Shown here: positions 1-12,831 of the stretch, piece by piece
Numbering within the stretch: the stretch's first letter is position 1
How the letters are laid out: each line of letters starts with the position of its first letter
NCBI GenBank assembly: GCA_973851085.1
Contig: OZ316775.1
Location: 3,844,001-3,908,000 of the forward strand
Source: Ptychomitrium polyphyllum
Lineage: Eukaryota
Direction of reading: 5' to 3'
DNA length: 64,000 bases
Translations under genes and position numbers: made by a program
The notes under the pieces: generated by a model
The model's database searches: none
What the model saw: only the letters and a program-made list of their open reading frames with translations
Told to the model about the DNA's origin: nothing

Positions 1-741
1 TTACTAATCCTTAAGCATTTTATATGGTCAAATACAATTCTTCCTTTTGTTTGAATAAAGTCTTTATTTTGATCTTCAATGCTTCAAGGGCATTAATAAT
101 GGAATCTAACTTGGCTTCTTTTTAATCAGTCATATTGATTTCTTCACCTATTCATATAGAAATGAAATGGGAACAAATAAAAACTACTAAATACACAAGA
201 AACCAAAGAAAATTCAAGGGGCAATATCAGTCTAGAGGAGGGTAATCCACAACTTCTAGAGTGCTGTAGTGTGCTCAAGAAAGAGGAGTGATCCTCCCTC
301 TATCAAGAAAGACCAAGCTTTGAAATTGTTGTATGGCAGTCTTAACAAACTGTTACGAACAAGATAACCACAAGACAAGGCTCAAGGATTTCAGGATGTG
401 GAACAAGATAAGTCCTAGTATATTAGAAGTAAAGAGCTACAGTAAGGTACAAAAAACAAGGCCAAAAGATCTGAGCTAGACCACAATAGACACTTTTTCA
501 AGACTAAAGATTACTTCAACCTCAATTCTTTTAAGTACTAGAACTACAAGCCTTAGAAGCTTCATGGGAATCTTCCACCACATTGCTTTGTATCCAAGAA
601 ACCTTGAGTTATTTCCATGGAAGCCTCCTAAATCGACGCAACTTCCTTAGAAGCTTCCTAAACCTTCTAAAAACTTCCTTGGAAGTTTTTTAAATCTTCT
701 AATAATCTTTCCAGATGCTTCTAATATGTATATCTGTGACA
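1..741 (-). mobile_element. Ty3/Gypsy (Tcn1-like, family B) 5' LTR (351-741) plus PBS, leader and start of gag, running off the window start
   Basis: Minus strand begins TGTCACAG at 741 and ends GTAACA at 351. The reverse complement of 1-741 aligns by eye with 49121-~49830, which continues into recognisable gag. PBS-position 11-mer at 338-348. Confidence 0.85.
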
Positions 742-1365
742 GCACGTTTATCTTAAATTACAAATGAATATGAATACCTCGGATACACAAAGTATGATTT
801 TTGAATGCACAAATTTCTCCTCCATCACCAAGGAGACCTCTTCAATTATTTTCTAATATAATGCAAGCATTTATATAAAGTAATTGCAAGCTATGATGTT
901 GAAGGAGAAGAAGTGAGAGAATAAGAGGAGAACTAGGCTTATATATACAGCTAGGGACAAAAAACGATGACAATGGGAAGTCTTGTTTAAAAAATCCTTG
1001 GCAGTCAAATACGGACAACAAGAATTGATTTTGTCGTTATCCTTTTATTATTGCCCTCTTGTTGTTGTCCTTTACGTAGTCGCCTTATTGAGCAACAATA
1101 GGAGTCTACAATGGTTTGCCATGTGGGCTTTTTGCAATTGTCCACGTACGTTGCACCTCGCGACTAGAAGCAATTGCAGCTCGCTACGTGGCAACTAGCA
1201 GTGGATCCCTATCAATTGCAGGTGCAACGTAGAATTACACTGGGCAACCATCTTGCCGTACTCATACTTGCCAATTTTCTATTTCTATAGTGAATCCAAG
1301 GGCCAACATTCTTATTTGTGCTTTGTTTGGAATCACGGGGTAAAAAATTTGGTTAGTATAATCAT

Positions 1366-1528
1366 GGAGAGAAAGAAGTTTTGATTTTCTTGAATTTAGT
1401 ATACGTAACATATTTGTAGGAGAGAATGGAAGCTTTTATTTCTTTAAATTTAGTGTATGGAGCATATTTGTAGGAGAAGGGGAAAGTTTTGATTTGTTTT
1501 TAATTTAGTGTACTTAGAAAATATTTGG
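1366..1528. repeat. Degenerate tandem repeat, about 3 copies of about 54 bp
   Basis: A unit resembling GGAGAGAAnGAAGTTTTGATTTTCTTnAATTTAGTnTAnGnAnCATATTTGTA is repeated three times. Confidence 0.8.
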
Positions 1529-1568
1529 TGGTAGTAATAATCTAAAGAAGACTTTTGTAGGTGATGGA

Positions 1569-2192
1569 ATGATGTCAAAGAATATGGCATCTAGTGGAGG
1601 TGGAATATCTCAATCTGGGATCGCTTGTAATTCTGAAAGTAGAAAGTATACAAATAAGAAAAAGCACGAGGATGATCCAAATTGGCCACCAATGGAATAT
1701 ATCAACTCTCTTTGGGATTGGATTTTGATTTTCTTTGAGAAAATGTCCATTGAAAAACTAACTAGGAAGTACACCGCGCATGGAGCCAAAAATAGAGAAC
1801 GTTTACAATTAGAATTGAAGCAAGAGTTGATGACAGCCTTGTACAGTAGCAAGGATTTTGGAGATGCAAATGAGTAGTATCCGCACTTTGATGCGTAACT
1901 AGCAAAGATCATTAAGCAAGGTATTTTTAATACCATCCAATTTTTGAAAACACATCAAAAACACCACAAGAAGAAGAGCCTTTGAAAGAACAGGTGGCAC
2001 TTTGTGATAAATTAGTGTGGTTCTATGATCTTTTTAGAATGCTCTCTTAGAGTAAGAATAGAGCCATTACAGGGCAAGAGCAAGCCACAATTGCGGCCAT
2101 GAATTGTACACATGAATAGCGGCGTGGTGTAGGTTCCACCATCTGCGATTGTAAAATCTTTGGGGTTGAATGTGCACAGGGGATATGGAAAG
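1569..2192 (+). pseudogene. Decayed ORF, possibly a DNA-transposon accessory protein (CACTA TnpA/Transposase_24-like)
   Basis: ORF 1569-1877 continues through stops and a frameshift into EEPLKEQVALCDKLVWFYDLFRMLS*SKNRA...HE*RRGVG and ends at an AAG|GTGAGG donor. The pattern loosely resembles TnpA-type W..LV.FW...S..N....H..G. AT-rich repeat context. Confidence 0.3.
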
Positions 2193-5100
2193 GTGAGGAA
2201 GGTGTGCATTGTCTTTATTTCATTTCAAAAAATTATGATAGTTTAAGATATTAACAACTTTTTAATTGCAAACAAAAAAAAGAATTCAAAGTAACAAGTT
2301 TCAATTTGAAAAATAAAAAAAAGACATGATGATTTTTTTACATAGTCTTTCAGCAAATTTCTACAAAATTTCTTAAATTTTAATTAAATTATAATAGAAG
2401 TGTTAAATTAATGGAAATATTCCAATGGCTTAATAACCACCATTGTCATAAAGTGAATTATACCACTTATTCATTGTATATACAGCAAAATAATTTTCAA
2501 CAAAAATTTATTAAAATGCAATGTAGCTATACCAAAATTGTCAATCAAATTTATGACAGACAATGAAATTAAATGCAATTGCTATTGCTCCCACAATTTT
2601 GAAATAAAACATTGAACATGTAATTGTTAATGTGATTAAAACTAAGAAAATTATAATGCATATATCTTAATGTAGCAAGTTTTATTTATACTATAAGAAT
2701 CATAATTAATATATCTTCTTATTTTGTACCATCTTTTTTTTTTCTAACATCCAATTTAATTATTATTTTTATTATTTTTAACTAAAAACCAAACTATTTA
2801 AGCTATTAAAGAATAAACTTCACACCCACCTTCCTACATAGACAATTTATTAAGTATATTTTTTTAATAAAATATTTTTATCATACTTCCATTTAAATTC
2901 CAAAAACCAAAACCAATAATTATAGCTTTCAAATCAGTTCCACCAATTTTTGTCAATTCAATAAATTTCCTATTTTAATTAACAAATACTTACATTAATT
3001 AATTAAGAATGCAAAGACAATGTCTATTATAATCAAAGCTCTAGGTTTTATTGTATAAAATTACAACATCATTGAAATATTCTTTGAAAGAACATAGTTA
3101 ATTATAGGAAAAAATACGCCTTAATGACAATAATTAAAAAAACATCAATTTTCTTCAATTTTGATCAAATTGATGATGTACTATAAGAACAAAGAGCAAT
3201 CTACAAAAAACATTTAATATGAGATACTAAAAAACTTAAGAAAGGCAGTATGAAAATTAAAAAATAAGATATTTAAAGCTCAAAATTCACACTATGACAT
3301 AATTAATATACAATTGAGTAATAAATACTGCAAATGAGCTTAAGTCTTAAGATCAAGTAGTAATAAAGTAAATTTTTTATAACCATGTGTTAAGGTCTGT
3401 AATGATTAAGGTTAGTAACTACCAAGTCATCAATAACTTAGTAGTTTTTAAGTAGAAATCCTTATCTAAGAAAAGTCAGTTACACCAATACTGTGATTGA
3501 TAACTACCAAGTATTCTAAGGCTCGGTTTTTCTTTACTAGAGCATATAGATCCAGGAAAAGCACTCTATATGAGTTTATAATTGATACTACCAAATGGAA
3601 GAGACATAGTAGTATTAAAGAGTAACTATAAACTATTATAGAACTTGCTAGAATGAATAAACTTGCATATAAAACATATATTCAAAAACAAAACTTATAA
3701 AAAAAAAAGGAATGGAGTGCATAACTTGTTTCATCAGAAAAGCAAAATACAACACACGTTCAACTCTCTTGATTGAGGGTTTAAGTACTAGATTCAAGAT
3801 CTTACAAAAGTGAATCTACATCTGTTGGTCTCAACTAATAAACTACTACTTATCATCCGGTAGTTACCGTTGGAAGATGTTTGGTACTACCGATAGGAGG
3901 AGGTCTATAAAAGAAGTCTAGTAGTACCAGGTATAACACCCAATAGTCCAGTAACACTATGGTTTAAGCACTTTGGCATAGATGAAGATTTTCAAAAGTA
4001 AGAAATTAATTATTTTCTATGAAGTCCTAATTTATTAAATTATTTTAATATAATGAAGATACAATTTTTAGATTCACCTATAAACTTTTGAAATTTTTTT
4101 GAAGTTTAAAATTTGAAGATCCATCATAAATGTAAATCCTAAATGCATTTAAAATTATGGAAGAAGAAAATTTATGATTCATGTAAATTTGAGCTAGCAC
4201 TTTATAACATTAGTTTTGCTTTTAGATTTTATTGCATAACATGGCATTAGATGCCAAACCATGCTGAATGGATATAATGTAGTTTAATTTAGGTAGTTTT
4301 TCATACATGTAATATAAACTTCATGTTAGTTGTTTATATTAGTGCCAATAGGATTTGGAAGAATTTTAGGTGAAAAAACTCTCTTGGTTTAGCATTCTTT
4401 ATCAAATCAAGTTTTATGAATGTTTTAAGAGAACTTGTTATAATTTTTCTTTGGAGATGTTGGTTTAGCAATTTAATAAAGCTTAGAATTTCTTATACTA
4501 CTTACAATCTTCAAATTCTTCCTTTGTAAAGTAAGAGTTGCTATATTTTTGTCTTAGTGATTTTTTTTTGTTCCTTGAGGATGAGTTTGTTATGCATTCT
4601 TATTTAATTTTAATTACTACAAGTTTAATAATGATTATGATACTCAATCTATTGTATATGACAGTCTTTATATATACAATTATTGCATATTGTCCATTTG
4701 GGAAAATAAAAAAGATAGTTAAAGGAAATATTTGTTGATTGGAAACAATAGTCCACTGATGAGTGGTTGGAAATAATGTTATGAAAAAAAACACTAAAAT
4801 ATGTAAAATTTCATTAATGCTCAAGTTGATTATTAATGGTTATGCAAAAAATTGAGGCCAATATTATCCTAATAAACTATATTAACAACAGGAACTATAC
4901 AAAGTTTCAAATTTCTTTGAATGAATTCAATATTCAACATCCTAAATATAAATGAATTCCATTTATTATTGTGGTATTCATTTACACTTTAATTTGAATT
5001 TCACGTGGAATCCTTCCTTCCATTTACCTTTTTCTTTTGAAAACAAATGAAATACAACTAAAATATCAATATCAATTGCATTGCAAACAACTATAAATAG

Positions 5101-5522
5101 AACAGTGAACTAAGAGTTTTCTTAAGCACATACAACATTAATCCCAAAACCAAACTACAACCCTTTGAAACTTCTCATCAACAGAACCCTTTAGCCTATG
5201 GAAAAAGCTCTCAACTCAATTTTTATTTTAAATGAAAACTGAATCACATTAATTAACACTACTTTAAAAAAATTCGAGAAAGGACATACACTTCAACCTT
5301 CAAGTAAGTCCAAGGTTCTAAATATGTCCTCACTTTAACTTTTGTTCAAAAACAGCAACTTCAAGCGTGCCTACATATTGCACTTGCCTAATGTAAGCCT
5401 CTTGATGAACCCACAGGGCTTGACGAAGTAGGACCATCGATGAATATATGATGGGCATGTTGAGGTCGTGCCGGCCGCAGACGAGCGGCGGCGGCCTTGG
5501 ACCCCAAGCGGCGGCTGGGAGT

Positions 5523-5530
5523 TAGGGTTT
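5523..5530. promoter_or_regulatory. Telo-box (TAGGGTTT/AAACCCTA) upstream of RPL41
   Basis: Exact motif about 110 bp before the RPL41 ATG. Telo-boxes are typical of plant ribosomal protein promoters. Confidence 0.7.
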
Positions 5531-5641
5531 GAGGATTAGGTTTGGGATCTAGGATTTATACGCCTGGTTTTGCCAGAAGTGGTCTCTTCTTCCGTCTTCA
5601 GGCGCTTGCGTTTCGGGTGCAAGAACCGCATCACCGCCACC

Positions 5642-6049
5642 ATGAGGGCCAAGGTTCGTCTTTCCGTTCGCCTCTCTTCACGCGTGCTCTGCTTTTTTGT
5701 ACTTCCAGTCGCTTTGCTTCTTCCAACTCGGCTTGAGAAACGTTGTCTGAAACGTTTGAGGTATTCTTGTGTGTTTGTCTGCCTAGGGTTCGAGGCAATG
5801 GGTTATGGTCTTTCGTTAGGTGTCGTACTCTCTGGCTGTGAAGTTGTGGTTGTGGGTTTTTGTTGTGTGGGTTGTGATGAGCATGCGTTTCGATGTGTTC
5901 TTGAAAACCTAGTGGTTTTTGAGGGTTTGAGTTTCATGTTTGATCTTTTGTTCTTTGAACTAAGCTTTGTATGTTTGTTTCAGTGGAAGAAGAAACGCAT
6001 GAGGAGACTTAAACGCAAGCGCCGCAAGATGAGGCAAAGATCCAAGTAG
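5642..6049 (+). CDS. RPL41: Ribosomal protein L41 (eL41/eS32), 25 aa; exons 5642-5653 and 5984-6049
   Basis: Splicing the GT..AG intron 5654-5983 gives [25 protein letters not shown], the canonical plant L41 sequence. Confidence 0.98.
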   Translation: [135 protein letters not shown]

Positions 6050-9000
6050 GCGATGTTCGTCCTTGCAAGATGTTTGGAGATCACTTCATATAGGGTTGAC
6101 CTCAAATCTTATTGTACAGGCGTGCGTTCAGCTGCTGCAGCTGCCTTCCATAAATGACACTATGGAAATGTAGTTTTCTAAGATATGTATGCTTGGTCTC
6201 TGACGAGACTACGTAGTTTACCACTGATTTTCAGTAAATGTGGTATTATATGGGCATTTATAATTTCGTGGTTTACTATTCTCATTTCGTTTCCTATATG
6301 TTGGAATGATTGGTTGACCTGCTTGAAAACGGCCGTGTTTGGTCACGCTCTTCTTGTGCTCTCACCGTTGTCGATTAGGTCAACGCGTGTTAAGATAATG
6401 TACAATCATGTATAGCGAAGGGGTTTGCAAATTGTGCTAATATTGCGTTGGAGAGTGAGTGGGTTCCCATGAATATTTGGTTTCGTTATTGAAAAAGTCT
6501 GGTAAAATGTGACGTTTGACTATGTTTGTATTTTCGTTATCATCGACACTAAAATTGTATTTTCGACCAGATATCGATGATGCGTTCTGGACTGAACCAC
6601 CTATCCGATTTGTTTTGCTCGTTCTTACTTCGCCACCTTTTTCCGACCCGGAGCGTTGGTTACAATATAAGCTGTAGAACGTTTGTGCCCTCGAGCTTCT
6701 GTTTATGATAATTCATTCACATCTGCTGATACTGCCTTCCATGTTCATCCGAAACTTAATGATATCTTTAATCGCTGTCCATGCAAACTATGAGATCTAC
6801 GATCTACTAAGTTCTGACAACAGACAGACTCCCATGATTTTGTTTAAACCAACTTTCTCCGATAACGTGGGAGGTGTTCTTGTATCTGACGCTCATGCTT
6901 GCACAAGCTACTTATGTAAGCATTTTACAGAACCGCCCTCAGGTAAATCCCACTTCACATCGTATTTTGTTCACAAGATTTTCAATATATGATCAGATCA
7001 TAGCATCCCTTCTTTTGCACTTGCGTCCTGCATACTATGTTTAGGTGCCGTCTGATTGTTTTGATTATTCTGGAGGAATCCCCTGTGAAGATGAAGCCTT
7101 ACTTTATGTTAACTGGGATGTGAAATGTAACTCATCTGCGATTCCTCCAACTTTGGTGTTTGGTTCCTGCCTGACCTTGTGAATAGCACAAGAATAGGAA
7201 TGAAGCTGCTAGTGTACACGAGGTACTAGCTTTGTGCCAAGCCCATCTTAAAAAGGCCAGAATGTGGCTAAGTTTGAATGATTAGGGAGTAGCATCTGTT
7301 CTGCCAATTATGGGGATCTGCAGGATACCAGTTCAATGCAATTTGTAACTAGACATGTTTGAAATGTCAATGAAACTATGACCACTGAAATCAAGGGAGC
7401 TACAACATGATGCACATTGCATATGCTCTGTTGGTTCTCTCTTTGCTTGGTCCATCTTTGCTGATCTTCTAAATTCCAAGAAATATGCTTGAACACGATG
7501 TTTTCCCAAGAACAAAGCCTTGGAGCAAAATCTGCATTCTTATGCAGTCCCTGCACAGTCTGTGACCTGTCATGTGTGATCTTTCTGTGCACCCCAGAAC
7601 TGACATGCTTCCATGACTTTTGTAATAAGAGGCTCCAGTGTCTCGTATATACAGAATCGGGTGACATTCACACACCACAATATTACAATTTAACTTTAGA
7701 GGCTTTTACAAAAGATTCCTGACATAAATACAAAATTTCATACCAGTATACAGTATGAGAAATAATTTACTCTTTCACAATTGTGCTTAGTCATTAACTC
7801 ATCCATCTCCTACTACAACCTGAATTACGGTACTATTGAAAATAACCAGACAAAGTTGCAACTTCCAGGTTAGCATGACATGAGGAAGTAGACCAGGATT
7901 CGGTGATAGACTGCGACTTGAGCTGTTCTTACGCAATGTCTCCCAGAACAAGCTACCGAAATCTACAGGTGCCGTAGATAGCACGAAACGAAACGTCTAG
8001 AGTTGGCGTGGTCACTGGTCCCAGAGCTACTAACACTTGGGCTGGCGACTGGCAGTCACCGCCACCAACTGTGGAGCTAATTCTACAGCAAACCCTTCGC
8101 CAGCCTTGCATTCTTTATCTCAGGCTAAGATTTGCATGGTATGTAATATCAGTCCAAGGACAATTCAATATGAGATAATATGTTGTCACATTTTGGACTG
8201 TGCAAACTATAACGAGTTGCCTTAACATTCTTTAATTGGATAGTTTAGGATCTTATCCATTATTTAGCCGAGTTGAACACTTCATGGAATATTGTGTTAC
8301 TATTCTTCATTGTGAAAACTTCACTATATTAGCCATTAATTAGGAAAATAACCTTGGAATATTTAGTTTATTTTGAAAAACTCTAAATCTTTCCTTCAAA
8401 AACTTTCCAAGGATTTTTTTTGTATTTTTGACAACTCAGGTGTAGAGGTCTATGTGTGCAAAGTGAGCAAGAGGACTTTGAGTGGCAATTAGAATAAGTT
8501 TTATGTTTGAACTCAGCATAGCAGTTTGGATGCTCATAACAATGGGAAACATGGTTAAAAACCACGCTGGAGATTGCATGGGCACCCATGATGGCATTCC
8601 CAACACACTAGAGAAATCTCAGTTGAATAATGGAGATCTCAAAATCATTGTAAAGAATGGCAGTTCAAAGAAAAATTTCCAAACACATTAGCAGATAATT
8701 CTAGAAGAGACCATCCAAATGCTTTATTATAGCAACTGTATAAAGTTACATTCCAAAAGAATTATGATTATTTTCCATTTATACATATTTTTTTGGAAAG
8801 AGAATATTTAAATTTTAAATGAAATGAAAATATAGTATAAGAAATTTGGATAATTAATTTGCTATTTTCCTGCAAGCAGCAACCCACTGGGAAATAATTT
8901 CTGAAACAATGTGCTATTCATATTGTATCAGAACAATGGCTAATTGGATAAAAACTTGCTCCAATCAAAGTGACTTGGCTAATTGCTAACTTGCAAACCC

Positions 9001-10403
9001 CTTTGAATGCCATCTCCCCAAAGAAATCATTTCATCATTCAATATTCAAAGATATCATTGTATTGTGAAAACCTTGTTTCATTAGAGATAAAAAAAAATC
9101 AATGTACCAAGTGATCAAATTAGACACTTGTTTTCATTCCTTCATTGTCACATGCCCACACTATCAAATATTGTTGGTTTCCTTGTTTGTTTTCCTATTT
9201 TCAAGTTGAAGGTGAACTGCTTCAATTGCTAAACAGTGTTATGTGGTTTCCTGCTTTCTGAAAATTCTGAAAATTGATTAATGTGTCATTCTGATTTGAA
9301 GGAGAAGTTTAACAAGGGACACTTCATAGGCTAAAGCTCCAGAGCACCGTTTCATCCTAGCTTTTTCAAGCTTATCATAGCGATATACATGAGCTTGGAT
9401 AGAGAACAATGAATAGGACAATGGAATAGGTTGTAGCGGCAACAAGGAAGAGGAACATGTTACCTTTTGTGTTGTGGTTAGTGAGGTCTTGCCACCTCAG
9501 CTTCAGTTCAAATGGTGAGGACCACAATATGACTTTGACTGAATCTTGGATTCTAAGCTAATATGTGCTACACCCAAGGGGATTGATTTTCCAAGGATGC
9601 AGGAAGGATACATCAATCTCCATGATCTGATCCATGTCAATGAGAATCATCTTCCCCTTATTTTGAAAATCTGCCCAACATGACAAAGTCACATGAGTCT
9701 GTGACAGGGTTAGTCCAAGCCAATTGAAGCCTTTTGGTGTTTGCAGACAATCCCAGGATTATGTACTGGTAACAACCTCATTTCACAATGCTACGCTAGA
9801 AGCTACTCACTGGACTTTAAAACACTGAACTAAAATTTAATTTTCAGACAATAATTATCGTTGAAGCTCTATAGAGTTTTTTATGCAGTGGTGATAATCA
9901 TGGTAGAACAACCATTTCTTTCCAACATCTGTGTTGTAGACCTTCCAATGATTTTTCTCCATAATATGTGATGATAGCAACTGTTTATTCACATTATAGG
10001 ACATGTATTGTGTGACTGGGTAGGAGAAGCTACAATGGTTGCTGCCATGAAGGGGAAGGCATGAAAAGCACTGGGTTGACCATTTTATTGCCAATTTCAG
10101 TTACTTTATATGGAAGCACCTTCAAAACTCATGCATCAATTGGTTGAAGTCCATTGTCTCTGAGTTTTTCTAAGGTAGGTGATCTTTCTGTAAAGACCTC
10201 CTTCCATACAAGCTTCAAAGCCACTACTGGTCAAGGTTAAAGTACACTAGTACGATGTCTTGGACTGTCAATTCTTCCATGATTCATGCTGAGTAACATT
10301 GCGGTCCAGCAGCATGCTAAAGCCTGATAGATGGGCACATCCTGTTGCAACTCCACCCTGCACTGGTCACTGAATCTATACACTGCAACCACTGTCAACT
10401 TAC

Positions 10404-10579
10404 CTCATACAAAACCTTTGGCACAGGGAAAATATGAGTCATAGCATTTTTGCAGTGAAAGCCCACAACCTTCAAGTTATGAATGCATTAAAAATAGGCA
10501 GCCAAAGCAGTTACAATCCTTCACATGTGACTACACAGTAATCATAGCATTCTTCAGCAGCTCATCCTCACCTTGGAAT
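10404..10579 (-). pseudogene. Relic exon resembling an extended PHD (zf-HC5HC2H-like) finger
   Basis: Clean TTCTCAG| acceptor and |GTAAGT donor. Translation FQGEDELLKNAMITV*SHVKDCNCFGC...GCG...QKCY...FPCAK has in-frame stops, and its Cys spacing resembles ePHD C-x2-C...GC...C..S(Y)HFPCA. Confidence 0.3.
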
Positions 10580-12825
10580 CTGAGAAACCAACAAATTCAA
10601 TCAGTTGGGGTTGGGGCCTAAAGGAAACCAATAATAAATGATATCAGGGACATGTAGTATTCAATGCATGAATGAGTAAGTTTAGTTTAATGAATTAATG
10701 CATAAGCTTTGTTAGCAATTTGTGAAAGAAGATTTAAACAACAAAATTGAACTTTGGGTAGTGGAATATTTTCTTCAAAGGAGGGTGTTTTGAAGGATTA
10801 CTGAAGAATGTTAATGAACCTCAATTTAGTTAAAGTTTCTTTCAAATTAAGGCAATGGTTTTAATTTGGTTGATTCAAGTATGAATGTTCTTTCAAAAAC
10901 TTTACACAATAATTTTAAAGAGTGTCCAAATAAATTGTATAATACAACATCCAATATTTTTCAATCTGTATACTCCATGAAGTCTTTCAACCATATTTTG
11001 TTTTCCAATGTAATGTGCAATATTCTCCATGCAAATGTTATCATATTATAATTATCTCATTTCTGACAAGTCTTGTCATAATCATAAATCCTTATATTGC
11101 TTTGGAGATTTTTAAAAACTACTTGTGTTTAGTTACTTATATGTGTATAGTTTAGTAAATTATATATTATTATCTCCTTAACTATAATGAATAAACCTAA
11201 GATTTGCCTTTGGATTATTGAATTTGTTTAGAAATAACTTTTTAATCAATAAATAAGAATAGAAATGTTATTAGTAGTACATAATTCCAAAAAAGAATTC
11301 TATTCTTTCTTTCATTTTCTTACTTTTTAACATGTATCAAATGAGTATGTTCTTTAAAATTCCTAACACATTTATTCATTAGATTTTGATTCTACAATTG
11401 AACACATATCAAATTTGAAATATAATTCATGAAATACAATCTTTTTGGATTTGAAATATAAACACATCAATAAAAACCATAGGAAGCAAGAATAGTGGAA
11501 AACCATAGGACGTAAAATGACTATATTGTCTTAAATTTACATCAATGTAAATGGTTACATACAAAATAACTTAGATTTTTTGAAGCAATATAGTAATTTG
11601 AAACATTTCCAAATCTTTAAAACTCCTATAATTAACAAAAGAAAAGTTGGAGACTGAAAAATATTTTTTAGACCTTCTTATTGATATGCACTAATTCATT
11701 TCTACTATAATGTGTCATAAATGATTGGAACCGACAAAGTAATTAGAAGAAAATTTCAAAGCAATATTTTGTAATATTTTCAATGTCCATGGTTAATGAA
11801 GCCACATTCTAAAGCAATGCTATATTTTCAAGCTTGACAAAGCAAAATTACTAGCGTATAGAAATATCCTTTATATTCCAAATTTTTAAGCTAATATTCA
11901 CATACAATTTTTCTTATACTTAAGTATAGTAGGACTTCAAATAGATCAAATATCAACTACAAAATGATAAAAATAGGTTCAAATATAAGAAATTCTTCAA
12001 TTGAATATATGATACATTTTATACTTAAATAATCTTTATACTAAAGTAGCAAATATGGCACAAAAGCAAGTATTCTCTTCAATCTTCCTTCTCATTCTTA
12101 TAAAATATGTCATTCTACAAAAATGAGCACCTCAAGAAAGCACATCTTCAAAAAAACATCTATGGACACATTCAAAAATGTCAAAAATGTCAAACTAGCT
12201 AATGTTTCAATGATACAAGTACACTTATGTAATACCCTACGTTAACAAGTTAATACTTATGTGATACCTGGGTGATAGAAATATTACCATGCATGGTAGA
12301 AGCGTCCTGAACCAAAGAGTGTGGAATCTCGAGCAAAGCCCAAAGTAGGCTTCACAGGGCAAACCACTGCATCCAAACCAAAATGAAAACCATTGACGAA
12401 AAACATCTAGCCAACAGAGTAAGATGAAAAGTAAACATCACAGGAAAGCGCAGGAGGTCCCACAATGGTCCCGAACTATGGCGGTGAATCCGGCCCCACG
12501 CACTGTAATTCACCACTCCACCGTTCCCACACGGTACAGTAACTTACTCGACACCACTGCCCGTTAATATAAAAATAAAACAAAGGTCAGGCCACTGTCA
12601 TCCCTGCAGTTTCCTTACCTGCTCGCCATCTACATTAATGCTACATTTCCCTCCCAACATGTCTAGCACTCATAGATGAGCGTGAGGAATCTACCACACT
12701 GGACGTATAACGTGATGATCATGGTTCAGTTGCAGCGATTATAACAGTTGACGTTCCGAGAACGTCGTTATGAGCCTTGAAGCTGGACTCCGCGTCGTCT
12801 GGGCGCTGTGTTGACAAGGCACCGT

Positions 12826-12831
12826 CACGTG
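12826..12831. promoter_or_regulatory. G-box CACGTG upstream of the PGK-like gene
   Basis: GTCACGTGG about 420 bp upstream of the ATG, with CCGCGTC nearby at about 12790. Confidence 0.35.

Noticed and set aside
3386..3970. Solo LTR of another family
   Set aside because: TG start and TATA-like motif are present, but there is no matching end or TSD, so boundaries cannot be supported.
5570..6049. 159-aa ORF as a real protein
   Set aside because: It is RPL41 exon 1 + intron + exon 2 read through from a non-ATG start. The spliced 25-aa product explains it.
6570..7060. Box C/D snoRNA cluster (several ATGAT... and CTGA motifs; CTGCCTTCC complementary to 18S rRNA)
   Set aside because: C boxes are imperfect, there are no terminal stems, and the 9-nt rRNA complement is not adjacent to a D box.
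7071..7220. H/ACA snoRNA call for the two hairpins
   Set aside because: No ANANNA hinge between the hairpins and the ACA spacing is non-canonical. Kept only as an unexplained structure.
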